A stretch of 15,231 nt of DNA from Chthoniobacteraceae bacterium (GCA_031409655.1 JANNXQ010000202.1:1-15231), one strand, 5' to 3'. Positions 1 through 9,338 are shown, numbered from the stretch's first letter. Program-made: numbers and translations. Notes: a model not told the origin generated them from the letters alone.

Positions 1-1
1 G

Positions 2-301
2 TGGGGCAAGCTGGTGATGCAAAACCTCGCGTGGACCATCGAGCGCAATGATCTCAAAGTTTACCTCGATGGCCATGCCTCCACCGCGAGTCTGGCCGCG
101 GATGGCGACGGCGCTTACGGCCCCTGGGAGCTGACGGCCGACCGCGCCAACGCGGCCCGGCGGCTGCTCGTAAAATACGCCGTGAATCCCAGGAAGATCG
201 AGCGCGTGAGCGGCTTTGCCGACACCAAGCCCCTCCCCAAACAACCGGGCTCCTCACCGGGCAACGAGCGGATCACGATCAGCCTTTCTCCTCATCGCTA
301 A
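2..301 (+). CDS. MotB-like protein, C-terminal OmpA-like domain (5'-truncated by window edge)
   Basis: Frame is open from base 2 (WGKLVMQNLAW...). Motifs LDGHA, WELTADRANAARRLL, VSGFADTKP and NERITI match the MotB/OmpA_C pattern (GHTD, NWELSxxRA, GYADxxP, NRRV). The N-terminal TM segment is outside the window, so flagellar MotB is not proven. Confidence 0.75.
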   Translation, partial: WGKLVMQNLAWTIERNDLKVYLDGHASTASLAADGDGAYGPWELTADRANAARRLLVKYAVNPRKIERVSGFADTKPLPKQPGSSPGNERITISLSPHR

Positions 302-304
302 CCT

Positions 305-580
305 ATGCTCCAGGACTTTCTCACCGGCCGAACCGCGCTCGACAACAACACCACCGCTCCGGCGCTCGCCACCGCGCGCCCCGGTCAATTTCAGCCTTTC
401 ACCACCGCGCGGGGCACCGATCTCACGAGCCTCGGCGGGCCTGGGCGACGGCCCTCCGCGTCCGAGTCCGAGCTGCTCGAAGCGCCGCAGGTCGAGCTCA
501 TCGAAGACGGCGGTAAAGTGCGCCGCATCGTGGTGACCTGCACCTGCTGCGCGAAGATCGAGATCGAGTGCGAGTACTGA
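305..580 (+). CDS. Small hypothetical protein (91 aa) with C-terminal CxCC-x6-C motif
   Basis: ATG 3 nt after the MotB-like stop. Low-complexity N-terminal half, then a beta-strand-like tail PQVELIEDGGKVRRIVVTCTCCAKIEIECEY. GC-rich third codon positions. Confidence 0.75.
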   Translation: MLQDFLTGRTALDNNTTAPALATARPGQFQPFTTARGTDLTSLGGPGRRPSASESELLEAPQVELIEDGGKVRRIVVTCTCCAKIEIECEY

Positions 581-598
581 GAGTGGTTCGCGAGGCAG

Positions 599-619
599 TC
601 ACCGGAAGGTGATCGTTTC
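599..619 (+). terminator. Possible weak intrinsic terminator/hairpin
   Basis: TCACC-GGAA-GGTGA (5-bp stem, GNRA loop) followed by TCGTTTC, about 20 nt after the stop at 580. Short stem and poor U-tract. Confidence 0.25.
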
Positions 620-711
620 GTCCTCGTCCGCAATCCGCATCCACGATGGGATTCGAGCCGGCGCGCCATTGACGGCACTCCGGCTTGTCTGGGACGCTCC
701 GCGCACCCCCG

Positions 712-2061
712 ATGTTTGGCCTTCTCAAACCGGCGCCTGCGACCGCCCCGCTCCCTCCCGAACGCATCGACGCCGAATACCGGCGCCTCCGCCGACGAGT
801 CTTTGCCGGCATCTTCCTCGGCTACACGGGCTACTACCTCGTCCGCAACAACCTCGCGCTCGCGATCCCGGACATCCTCAAAGCGCACCCGGAATACACC
901 AAGGCCCAGCTCGGCGCTGCGCTCACCGGCCTCTCGCTCGCCTACGGGGCTTCCAAATTTCTCATGGGCACTGTGTCGGATCGCAGCAACCCGCGCTGGT
1001 TCCTGCCAATCGGCCTGCTGCTTTCCTGCGTGATCATGGCCGTGAGCGGCTCCGTAAAGGCGCTCTACACCTCGCTCGCCGCGGTCATCGCCCTGCAGAC
1101 GCTGAATGGCTGGGTGCAAGGCATGGGCTGGCCGCCGTGCGGGAAGACGATGGTCCATTGGTTCAGCACGAAAGAGCGCGGCTTCACCGTCTCGGTCTGG
1201 AACTGCGCCCACAATCTGGGCGGCGCGCTGGTCGCGAATCTGGCGCTGGTCGGCGTGACGCTCTTCCACGATTGGGGCGCGAAATTTTACTTCAACGCGC
1301 TGGTCGCCGCGGTCATCGCCGCGGTGGCCTTTCTGCTCCTGCGCGATACCCCGCAATCCTGCGGCCTGCCACCCATCGAGGAGCATCGCAACGACTACCC
1401 GCCCGGCTACTCTGCGGACCACGAGCGCACCTTCACCTTCCGCGAAATCCTCCTCAGCCACGTGCTGAACAACAAGTTCCTGTGGGCCATCGCGATCGCG
1501 AATGCCTTCGTCTATTTCGTCCGCTACGGCGTCGTGAATTGGATCCCGACCTATCTCGAAACCGCGAAGGGTTTCTCTTTCAAACAAGCGAGCATCGCGT
1601 GGTCGCTCTACGAATACTCCGCGATCCCCGGCACCATCGCGTGCGGCTGGATGTCCGACAAAGTCTTCCAAGGAAAACGCGCGCCGGCCACGATGCTCTT
1701 CATGGGGCTCACCCTCATCGCCGTGCTCGTTTATTGGGGAAATTTGCACGGGCCGCTCTGGATCGATTACGCGGCGCTCATCGCGATCGGCTTCCTGATC
1801 TACGGCCCCATCATGATGATCGGCCTGCACGCGCTGGACCTCGTGCCGAAGAAGGCGGCAGGCACCGCGGCGGGCTTTACGGGGTTCTTCGGTTACGTCT
1901 TCGGTTCGTCCGTCGCCGGCGCGGGCGTCGGCTGGATCGCCGATCAGTTTGGCTGGAATGGCGTCTTCATCGCCATGGTCGGGTGCTGCGTTCTGACCAT
2001 CGTTTTCAGCGCCCTCACGCTCGGGCACCGGGCCGAGAGCGGAGAGCGCCCCGTTTCCTGA
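712..2061 (+). CDS. glpT: Glycerol-3-phosphate:Pi antiporter (MFS, OPA family)
   Basis: GIFLGYTGYYLVRNN, AYGASKFLMG..SDRSNPRWF, QGMGWPPCGKTMVHWFS.KERG, WNCAHNLGG, RDTPQSCGLPPIEE, PKKAAGTAAGFTG are GlpT hallmarks. Start taken at ATG 712 (MFGLLKPAP) rather than TTG 685. Adjacent to glpQ. Confidence 0.95.
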   Translation: MFGLLKPAPATAPLPPERIDAEYRRLRRRVFAGIFLGYTGYYLVRNNLALAIPDILKAHPEYTKAQLGAALTGLSLAYGASKFLMGTVSDRSNPRWFLPIGLLLSCVIMAVSGSVKALYTSLAAVIALQTLNGWVQGMGWPPCGKTMVHWFSTKERGFTVSVWNCAHNLGGALVANLALVGVTLFHDWGAKFYFNALVAAVIAAVAFLLLRDTPQSCGLPPIEEHRNDYPPGYSADHERTFTFREILLSHVLNNKFLWAIAIANAFVYFVRYGVVNWIPTYLETAKGFSFKQASIAWSLYEYSAIPGTIACGWMSDKVFQGKRAPATMLFMGLTLIAVLVYWGNLHGPLWIDYAALIAIGFLIYGPIMMIGLHALDLVPKKAAGTAAGFTGFFGYVFGSSVAGAGVGWIADQFGWNGVFIAMVGCCVLTIVFSALTLGHRAESGERPVS

Positions 2062-2064
2062 CTC

Positions 2065-3054
2065 ATGAAAATTTTCTCCTCCGTCCTGTTGCTCGCCTTT
2101 GCGGCCGCGTCCTGCGCCGCCGCTCCGGTCGTCATCGCGCATCGTGGCGCGAGCGGTTATCTGCCGGAGCACACCCTGCCGGCCAAGGCGCTCGCGCATG
2201 CCATGGGCGCCGACTTCCTCGAGCAGGATCTCGTGCTCACGAAAGACGACGTGCCCATCGTGCTCCACGACATCCACCTCGATACCGTCAGCGATGTCGC
2301 GACGCGCTTTCCGGATCGCCAGCGCGCCGATGGCCGCTACTACGCGCTCGATTTCACACTCGCCGAGATCAGGCAACTGCGGGCCACCGAACGCTTCAGC
2401 GCGAAGACCGGCAAGGCCGCTTTCCTAAAGCGTTTCCCGACCGGGCAATCGTCTTTCTCCATCCCGACCCTCGAGGAAGAGCTGCAGTTCATCGCCGGGC
2501 TGAACCACTCCACTGGACGCCAAGTCGGCATCTATCCGGAGATCAAGCAGCCGGCCTGGCATCGCCAGGAGGGCCACGACATCAGCCGCATCGTCCTGCC
2601 CATCCTGCAAAGTCACGGCTATCGCACCAAGGACGACGCGTGCTTTCTGCAATGCTTCGAGTTCGCAGAAGTGAAACGACTCCGCGGCGAACTCGGCTGG
2701 AAAGGCCGGCTCCTCCAGCTCCTCGGCAGTAAGAAGGGCGACGACGGCACGGACTTCGACTCCCTCCGCAGCCCAGCCGGCCTCGCGGAACTCGCGAAAT
2801 CCGCCGACGGCATCGGCCCGTCGATCAGCAGCCTTTTCACCGGTAAAACGCCCGCCGAACGCCAGCTCACCGATCTCGTGAAAAAGGCTCACGCCGCCGG
2901 CCTGCTCGTCCACCCCTACACCGTGCGCGTCGATGAATTGCCCGCGGCTGTCGCGTCCGTCGAAGAATTGCACCGCGTGCTCTTCAAGGAGGCGCAGGTG
3001 GACGGCGTCTTCACGGATTTCCCCGACGTGACGGTGCAATTTCTCCAGAAATAG
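2065..3054 (+). CDS. glpQ: Glycerophosphodiester phosphodiesterase, exported
   Basis: Signal peptide, then IAHRGASGYLPEHT, ADFLEQDLVLTKD, VLHD, GIYPEIK, VHPYTVR, DGVFTDFPD. Starts 3 nt after the glpT stop. Confidence 0.95.
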   Translation: MKIFSSVLLLAFAAASCAAAPVVIAHRGASGYLPEHTLPAKALAHAMGADFLEQDLVLTKDDVPIVLHDIHLDTVSDVATRFPDRQRADGRYYALDFTLAEIRQLRATERFSAKTGKAAFLKRFPTGQSSFSIPTLEEELQFIAGLNHSTGRQVGIYPEIKQPAWHRQEGHDISRIVLPILQSHGYRTKDDACFLQCFEFAEVKRLRGELGWKGRLLQLLGSKKGDDGTDFDSLRSPAGLAELAKSADGIGPSISSLFTGKTPAERQLTDLVKKAHAAGLLVHPYTVRVDELPAAVASVEELHRVLFKEAQVDGVFTDFPDVTVQFLQK

Positions 3055-3060
3055 CCAGCT

Positions 3061-3148
3061 GACGCTGCGCTAGCATTCCAAGAATGCTGACGTGGAGCGG
3101 AGCGGAACGAACGATGGTAACGCGCGTTTGGAATGCTTGCGCAGCGTC
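3061..3148. repeat. 21-bp inverted repeat (1 mismatch) with 46-nt spacer, REP-like
   Basis: GACGCTGCGCtAGCATTCCAA (3061-3081) versus TTGGAATGCTtGCGCAGCGTC (3128-3148), starting 6 nt after the glpQ stop. Confidence 0.85.
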
Positions 3149-3225
3149 TTCGGGTCGCTGCCTTCTGCCTACTTTTTGAGCACCCTAACATTCTCCCCTC
3201 CCCTCAGCTTCTCCATAGCCGGAAG

Positions 3226-5793
3226 ATGCGCCTCTCCCTCACTCACAGAATTCTTACCTCCATCACCCTCGGCGCAGCGCTTCTCCCCGCTCGCGCCTCG
3301 GCAGCGGAGGACGTGCAACCCTTCCTCGAAGAGTACTGCTTCGATTGCCACGACGCGGACTCAAAAAAAGGCGGGCTCGATCTCACGGCGCTGAAGGCAG
3401 ATTTCTCCACGCCGAAAAACTTTGCCGCGTGGGTGACGGTGCATGATCGCGTGAGCAGTGGAGAGATGCCGCCGAAGAAGAAGGCACGTCCGGAGCCAGC
3501 GGCGGCGAAGAATTTCACCGCTTCGCTCTCGGCCTCACTGGTCGCGACGGAGGAGGCGCAGATCGCCCGCGACGGGCGCTCCACCCAGCGGCGGCTGAAT
3601 CGCTACGAGTATGAAAATGCGCTCCGCGATCTGCTCCACGCGCCGTGGCTGCAGGTCCGCGACGCGCTTCCGGAAGATGGCGAGTCGCACCGCTTCAATA
3701 AAATCGGGGAAGCGCTCGATGTCTCGCATGTGCAGATGGCGCGGTATCTCAGCACCGCCGACTACGCCTTGCGGCAAGTGATGGCACGCAGCGTCGAGCG
3801 GCCGACGACGCAGACCGTGCGCTATTATGCGCGGGACCAGAAATCATTTGCCGGGAAGATGAAGTTCTCGGTGTTCAATCAAAGCCCGGAGCGCGCGACC
3901 TTTCCGCTGCTCGGCACCGTCGGCCAGCCAGAGGTCCGCGCGGGCAAGGCACCGATCACCGTCGGGATGAAAAATCCCGAAGTGCGCGAACAGGAAGCGA
4001 TGGGCGTGGTCGCGAGCAGTTATGAGCCGATCGAGTTGCGGTTCAGTGAATTCGAGGCGCCGGCGGCGGGGCGCTACAAGCTGCGCTTCAGCGGCTACTC
4101 CGTGTGGGTCGGGCCAGGCACGCCGTCGAAGTGGTGGCGGCCGAATCTCGACCACGTCGCACCGGGCCGGCGCCCCGAGCCGGTGACGATCTACTCCGAG
4201 ACGCCGCCGCGGCTGCTGCGTCGGCTGGGAAGTTTCGATGTGACGCCGGAGCCCGCGGTGCAGGAACTCGATGTGCTGCTCCTCGCCGGCGAAACGATCC
4301 GCCCCGATGCCGCGCGGCTCTTCCGCTCGCGCCCGCCGGCTTACCGCAATCCGCTCGCGCAGGAAGACGGGCAGCCGGGTGTGGCCTTCCGCTGGATGGA
4401 AGTGGAGGGGCCGATCCACGACCAGTGGCCGACCGCCGGGCACAAGCTCCTCTTTGGCGATCTGCCGCTGAAAAAGACGAGCGCGGGCGTGGAGGTGACG
4501 TCGAAAAATCCGCGCGCGGATGCGGAGCGGCTGCTCCGGAATTTTCTCCGCCAGGCGTATCGCCAGCCGGTCGCCGAAGCGGAGGTGAAGCGATTTCTGC
4601 CCGTCGTCGAGGGTGCGTTGAAGTCGGGTAGCGGATTCGCGGATGCGATGATTGCCGGCTACACAGCGGTGCTGTGCTCACCGGAGTTTGTCTGTCTGGA
4701 AGAAAAGCCGGGGAAGCTCGACGACCATGCGCTGGCGGCGCGGCTCTCCTTTTTCCTCTGGAATACCGCGCCGGACGACGAGCTCCGTGCGCTCGCGACG
4801 AATGGCCAGGTCCACGAGCCCGCCGTGCTGCGCGCGCAGACCGAGCGGCTGCTGAGCGATCCGAAGTCACGGCGCTTCGTCGAGGCCTTCCTCGACTACT
4901 GGCTCGATCTCCGCCGCATGGTCGCCACGTCGCCGGACTCCGCGCTCTATCCCGACTACTACCTCGACGATCTGCTCACCGAATCGGCGCAGGAGGAGAC
5001 GCTGCTCTTTTTCACCGAGCTGCTGCGCAAGGATCTGTCGGCGCGGAATCTCATCACTTCCGACTTCGCGATGCTCAACGAGCGGCTCGCGCAGCATTAC
5101 GGCCTGCCGCCAGTCGGAGGTGTCGCGTTGCAGCGCGTGAGCCTGCCCAAGGACAGTCCGCGCGGCGGTCTGATGACCCAGGCCAGCGTGCTGAAGGTGA
5201 CGGCCAATGGCACCACGACCTCACCCGTCGTGCGCGGCGCGTGGATCATGGAGCGCGTCCTTGGCCTGCCGCCTCCGCCACCGCCCGCGAGCGTTCCCGC
5301 CGTGGAGCCGGACACGCGCGGCGCGACGACGATCCGCCAGCAACTCGACAAGCACCGGAATCAGGAGACGTGCGCGGCGTGCCACGAGAAGATCGATCCG
5401 GCGGGCTTTGCGCTGGAAAATTTCGACGTGCTCGGCGGCTGGCGGGATCACTACCGCGCACTTTCGGAAGGCGCCGAAGCCACGCCCGGCATCGGGCACA
5501 ATGGCCAGCCTTTCACGTTCCATCAAGGCCCGCCGGTGGACCCGAGCGGCCAGCTCCCGGACGGGCGGAAATTCAGCGACGTCCGCGAACTCAAACAGCT
5601 CCTGCTCGAAAACGAGAAGCAAGTCGCCCGCAATCTCGCTCGTCAGTTCACCGTGTACGCCACCGGCTCGGCGGTGCGCTTCGCGGATCGCGCGGAGATC
5701 GAGCAGGTACTCGAGCACGCCAGTGCCAAAGAATTCGGAGTTCGTAGCCTCATCCACGAAGTCGTGCAGAGCGAACTCTTCCGAAACAAGTAA
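3226..5793 (+). CDS. PVC-type DUF1592/DUF1588/DUF1587/DUF1595/DUF1585 (PSD/PSCyt) protein with two haem-c motifs
   Basis: Sec-type signal from ATG 3226. CFDCH (3337-3351), [70 protein letters not shown] (5371-5385)..[12 protein letters not shown]. The ORF-track start at 3133 overlaps the inverted repeat and is less likely. Confidence 0.9.
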   Translation: MRLSLTHRILTSITLGAALLPARASAAEDVQPFLEEYCFDCHDADSKKGGLDLTALKADFSTPKNFAAWVTVHDRVSSGEMPPKKKARPEPAAAKNFTASLSASLVATEEAQIARDGRSTQRRLNRYEYENALRDLLHAPWLQVRDALPEDGESHRFNKIGEALDVSHVQMARYLSTADYALRQVMARSVERPTTQTVRYYARDQKSFAGKMKFSVFNQSPERATFPLLGTVGQPEVRAGKAPITVGMKNPEVREQEAMGVVASSYEPIELRFSEFEAPAAGRYKLRFSGYSVWVGPGTPSKWWRPNLDHVAPGRRPEPVTIYSETPPRLLRRLGSFDVTPEPAVQELDVLLLAGETIRPDAARLFRSRPPAYRNPLAQEDGQPGVAFRWMEVEGPIHDQWPTAGHKLLFGDLPLKKTSAGVEVTSKNPRADAERLLRNFLRQAYRQPVAEAEVKRFLPVVEGALKSGSGFADAMIAGYTAVLCSPEFVCLEEKPGKLDDHALAARLSFFLWNTAPDDELRALATNGQVHEPAVLRAQTERLLSDPKSRRFVEAFLDYWLDLRRMVATSPDSALYPDYYLDDLLTESAQEETLLFFTELLRKDLSARNLITSDFAMLNERLAQHYGLPPVGGVALQRVSLPKDSPRGGLMTQASVLKVTANGTTTSPVVRGAWIMERVLGLPPPPPPASVPAVEPDTRGATTIRQQLDKHRNQETCAACHEKIDPAGFALENFDVLGGWRDHYRALSEGAEATPGIGHNGQPFTFHQGPPVDPSGQLPDGRKFSDVRELKQLLLENEKQVARNLARQFTVYATGSAVRFADRAEIEQVLEHASAKEFGVRSLIHEVVQSELFRNK

Positions 5794-5807
5794 GCGACCC
5801 GTTCACC

Positions 5808-7118
5808 ATGAATCCCTCGTCCTTTATCTCCACCCAGCGCGCCCTGTCCCGCCGCAGCTTCCTGCGTGGCGCGGGCATCGTCCTCTCGCTCCCTTTCCTC
5901 GAAGCGATGCGGCCCGCTTTTGCCCGCGCGGCAACGGCAGCGACACCGCGGCGGATGCTCGGGATCTGCAACAATCTCGGGCTCGTGCCGGAGTTCTTTT
6001 TCCCCAAGGAAAGCGGACGCGGCTACAAGGCCTCGGAGTATCTCGAGCACCTCGAAGCGCATCGCGAGGACTTCACCGTCTTCAGCGGCGTGTGGCATCC
6101 CGACGTGGACGGCGGGCACCCGGCGGACAACTGCTTCCTGACCGCCGCGCCGCATCCGGGCAGTGGCGGCTTTCGCAACACGATCTCGCTCGATCAATAC
6201 CTCGCCGAGCGCATCGGCCACCTCACGCGCTTCCCTTCGCTCACGCTCGGCGTGAATGTGCAGCAGGGCATGCGTAGTCTGTCGTGGACGGGCTCGGGGG
6301 TGCTCATTCCCTGCGAGGAAAAGGCGGCGGACGTCTTCAAGCGCATGTTTATGCAAGGGACGAAGGCGGAGATGCAGACGCAGATGCACAAGCTGCAGCT
6401 CGGCGAGAGCATTCTCGACGCGGTGGCCGGCCAGGCGAAGGACCTCCAGCGCACCGTCGGCACGCGCGACCGCGAGCGGCTCGATCAGTATTTCACTAGC
6501 GTGCGCGACCTCGAGCAGCGGATGAAGATGTCGCGCGAGTGGGAGCGCAAACCGAAGCCGGTGGTGAAAGCGCCCGTGCCGCTCGATCCCGAAAGCCCGC
6601 GCGAGTACATGGAGAAGGTGAAGCTGATGTACGACATGGCGCGGCTGGCCTTTGAGACGGACTCCACGCGCTCGGTTTCCCTGCTCCTCGACAGCGTTAA
6701 CTCCCCCGCCATCGAGATCGAAGGCGAGCACATCACCGACGGCTACCACAACCTCTCGCACCACGGAAAATCCGAGAAGAAGCTGAGCCAGCTCAAGGCC
6801 ATCGACGAATGGCACATGAAGCTGCTGGCGAACCTTTTCTCCGAACTCAAGAGCGTGCAGGAAGGCGGCGAGACGCTGCTCGATCGCACGATGATCCTCT
6901 ACGGCTCGAACCTCGGCAACGCGAACACCCACGTGACGACGAATCTGCCCACGCTCTTCGCCGGCGGCGGCTTCCGGCACGGCCAGCACCTCGCCTTCGA
7001 CACCGAGCACAACTATCCCCTGCCGAATCTTTTCGTCTCGATGCTCCAGCGGATGGGGATCGAAGCGGAGAAGTTTGCCAGCAGCACCGGGACGATGCGC
7101 GGGTTGGAGATGGCCTGA
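5808..7118 (+). CDS. DUF1552 (HXXSHH) family protein, Tat-exported
   Basis: Twin-arginine [58 protein letters not shown]. Usual partner of DUF1592 genes, 14 nt downstream. Confidence 0.92.
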   Translation: MNPSSFISTQRALSRRSFLRGAGIVLSLPFLEAMRPAFARAATAATPRRMLGICNNLGLVPEFFFPKESGRGYKASEYLEHLEAHREDFTVFSGVWHPDVDGGHPADNCFLTAAPHPGSGGFRNTISLDQYLAERIGHLTRFPSLTLGVNVQQGMRSLSWTGSGVLIPCEEKAADVFKRMFMQGTKAEMQTQMHKLQLGESILDAVAGQAKDLQRTVGTRDRERLDQYFTSVRDLEQRMKMSREWERKPKPVVKAPVPLDPESPREYMEKVKLMYDMARLAFETDSTRSVSLLLDSVNSPAIEIEGEHITDGYHNLSHHGKSEKKLSQLKAIDEWHMKLLANLFSELKSVQEGGETLLDRTMILYGSNLGNANTHVTTNLPTLFAGGGFRHGQHLAFDTEHNYPLPNLFVSMLQRMGIEAEKFASSTGTMRGLEMA

Positions 7119-7187
7119 GCCGAGCCCGATTCGCCCAGCTTCTGAGGGCTTGCGCTCGCGGGGTGCCTTTGCAACCTTCCCCGCCCT

Positions 7188-8027
7188 ATGTCGTCCAGCC
7201 CCACCGAAACTCCGACCGAAACCGAGGCCGGATTCGACGCCCACACGTTCTGGATCCTGCACAAGAGCAAGGTCCTCCTGCTGGCGGGGCTTTTCGTGGT
7301 CGCGCTCGGCGCCTTCGGAATTTCAGAATGGTCGCGGCGCAAGACGATCGAGGAATCCGGGCGGCTGCTCGCCAACGCCAAGACGGACGATGCCTACCGG
7401 GCGGTCATCACGAAGCATCCAAAGTCCATGGCCGCCGCCAGCGCGCTGCTGCTGCTTGCGGACAGCCTGCGGACCAGCGGCAACGCCGACGACTCAACGG
7501 CGCAACTGAAGACTTTCATGGAACGCTTTCCCGCGCACCCGCTGGCGAGTGGCGCGCTGACGAGCCTCGGGGCAAATCAGGAAGCCCAAGGCAAAACGGA
7601 CGAAGCGCTCACGACGTATCAAAAGGTGATCAGCTCGCATCCGACGAGTTTCAGCGCCCCTTTCGCCCTGCTCGCCCAAGCCCGGTTGCTCAAGGGCCAG
7701 GGGAAAGTGGACGACGCCAAGCGCATCTACGAGCAAGTCATTCAGCAGTATCAGGGCACGGCTTTCGGGCAGGAAGCAACGGGCGAAAATCAGAAGCTCG
7801 CCAAGCCAACGCCACCACCTGCGCCCGCGCCGGCAGTTGAGGCAAAACCCGAGGCCACGACACCCCCGGTGACCACGCCCGCGCCGAGCGCCGAGCCAGC
7901 GAAGCCCGCCACGCCAACTCCGGTTCCCGCAAGCGAGGCTCCGCAGCCAGCGGCTCCCACCCCGCCGAAGGCAGCGCCAGCAGAGGCCGCGAAGCCGGCG
8001 CCGTCCGCGGAGCCAGCAAAGCCGTAG
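7188..8027 (+). CDS. Membrane-anchored tetratricopeptide-repeat protein (YfgM-like) with Pro/Ala-rich tail
   Basis: FW..HK, then one TM helix (VLLLAGLFVVALGAFGI), helical repeats with 'F..HP.A..AL..LG...E.QGK.DEA..Y..V' pattern, and a long P/A/T/E/K-rich tail. Confidence 0.8.
   Translation: MSSSPTETPTETEAGFDAHTFWILHKSKVLLLAGLFVVALGAFGISEWSRRKTIEESGRLLANAKTDDAYRAVITKHPKSMAAASALLLLADSLRTSGNADDSTAQLKTFMERFPAHPLASGALTSLGANQEAQGKTDEALTTYQKVISSHPTSFSAPFALLAQARLLKGQGKVDDAKRIYEQVIQQYQGTAFGQEATGENQKLAKPTPPPAPAPAVEAKPEATTPPVTTPAPSAEPAKPATPTPVPASEAPQPAAPTPPKAAPAEAAKPAPSAEPAKP
7878..8024 (+). repeat. Duplicated peptide PAPSAEPAKP in the TPR-protein tail
   Basis: Identical 10-aa unit encoded at 7878-7907 and 7995-8024 with synonymous codon differences. 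Confidence 0.8.
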
Positions 8028-8176
8028 TTCGAGACAAGCCCGGCCAAACCGGTGAACCGCCCGGGTGATTTGGTAAAGCGGCGCGCTCCCCACCCCACGA
8101 GACCGCCTCGGGCTTCGGCGCGTCGGGCTCGCATCGCGCGCCGCGGTTCCCTAATCATCCTACCCCCCTGTCCCCT

Positions 8177-9250
8177 ATGAAGAAGCCTTGGAAAATCGCC
8201 GGCCTCAATTTCGACCACTTTCACATGGGCGATCTGTTGCAAATGGCGCACGAGCATCCGCAGGCGGAGATCGTAGGCATCTTTGACGAACAACCGGCGC
8301 GGATGGAAGCGGCAGCGCGCGCGCATGGGCTGCAGAGCGACCGTGTTTTCACCGACTACCGTGCGTGTCTGGAGACGACGCGCCCCGACGTGGTGATCCT
8401 CTGCCCGGCGGCGACGGAGCACGGGTTGTGGACGACACGCGCGGCGGAATACGGCGTGCATGTGCTGATGGAGAAGCCCTTCGCCGGGTCGCTTGCCGAG
8501 GCGGATGAAATGATCGCGGCGCAGGCCGCGACGGGAAAGCTCCTGGCGATCAATTGGCCGCTCCGTTGGCTGCCCGTCTCGGTGACGGCGAAGCGGCTCC
8601 TCGATGAAGGTGTGATCGGCGAGGTGCTCGAGTTTCACCACTACGGCGGCAATCGCGGCCCGCTCTACCACGCGGCCGGAAAAGTGGAACTCACGCCCAC
8701 GGCGGCGGACAAGGCGGGGAGTTGGTTCTACAGTCGCGCGCGCGGCGGCGGCTCGCTCCTCGATTACGCGGGCTACGGATCGACGCTCGGCACGTGGTAT
8801 CAAGGTGGGCGCAAGCCGCTCGAGGTCACATGCGTGGTGGACGAGCCCGCGGGGCTCGAGGTGGACGAGCACAGCATCACCATCTGCCGCTACGCCCACG
8901 GCCTCTCGAAGATCGAGACCCGCTGGGGCACTTTCACCGATCCGTGGACGCAGCAGCCGACTCCCGCCTGCGGCTTCCAGATCGTGGGCACGGAGGGGAC
9001 GATCGCCGCGTTTGATTACGAGGCGCGTCTGCGGGTCCAGACGAGGACCCAGCCGGAAGGCGTTGCGGTCCCAGTCGATGAGGTGCGCGCGCCTTTCCAG
9101 GACCCTGTGCAATTTCTCCTCCACGTGCTGGAGGGCGGCGCGTGGCAGGGCGACCCGCTCCATCCGGAGATCTCGCGCATCGGCCAGCAGATCGTCGATA
9201 GCGCCGCGCTCAGCGCCCGGGAAAAGCGGACAGTCGCGCTGCTCGGGTGA
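8177..9250 (+). CDS. Gfo/Idh/MocA family oxidoreductase
   Basis: PDVVILC, HVLMEKP, INWP, LLDEGVIGEV, GGGSLLDYAGY, IVGTEGTI motifs; 357 aa. Substrate unknown. Confidence 0.9.
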   Translation: MKKPWKIAGLNFDHFHMGDLLQMAHEHPQAEIVGIFDEQPARMEAAARAHGLQSDRVFTDYRACLETTRPDVVILCPAATEHGLWTTRAAEYGVHVLMEKPFAGSLAEADEMIAAQAATGKLLAINWPLRWLPVSVTAKRLLDEGVIGEVLEFHHYGGNRGPLYHAAGKVELTPTAADKAGSWFYSRARGGGSLLDYAGYGSTLGTWYQGGRKPLEVTCVVDEPAGLEVDEHSITICRYAHGLSKIETRWGTFTDPWTQQPTPACGFQIVGTEGTIAAFDYEARLRVQTRTQPEGVAVPVDEVRAPFQDPVQFLLHVLEGGAWQGDPLHPEISRIGQQIVDSAALSAREKRTVALLG

Positions 9251-9251
9251 G

Positions 9252-9327
9252 CCAATGGTGAATGGTGACTCGTGATTGGCGAATCGGAGCAGGCCCCTTC
9301 CATTCACCAGTCACTCATCACCATGCA
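9252..9327. repeat. Inverted arrays of degenerate heptamers (consensus TGAATGG / CCATTCA)
   Basis: CCAATGG TGAATGG TGACTCG TGATTGG CGAATCG (9252-9286), a 13-nt spacer, then CCATTCA CCAGTCA CTCATCA CCATGCA (9300-9327). Lies between two convergent stop codons. Confidence 0.85.
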
Positions 9328-9338
9328 CACCCGCAGCA

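Noticed and set aside
578..620. Selenocysteine read-through of the TGA ending the Cys-rich small ORF
   Set aside because: The TGA is not at a Cys-motif position, and the downstream hairpin is too short to call a SECIS.
2065..2120. Lipoprotein lipobox in GlpQ (AASC)
   Set aside because: The -3 residue is Ala rather than L/V/I and an AxA signal peptidase I site follows; cannot be supported without a predictor.
391..2732. Very long alternative ORFs 391..2376 (-, 661 aa) and 609..2732 (+, 707 aa)
   Set aside because: Antisense and off-frame shadows of glpT/glpQ, expected in high-GC coding DNA. Arg/Gly/Ala-rich with no recognisable motifs.
5643..9307. Antisense ORFs 5643..7262 (539 aa) and 7790..9307 (505 aa)
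   Set aside because: They mirror well-supported plus-strand genes and show no family motifs.
9252..9327. Short repeats as a CRISPR array
   Set aside because: Units are 7 nt, tandem and without unique spacers; no cas genes in the window.
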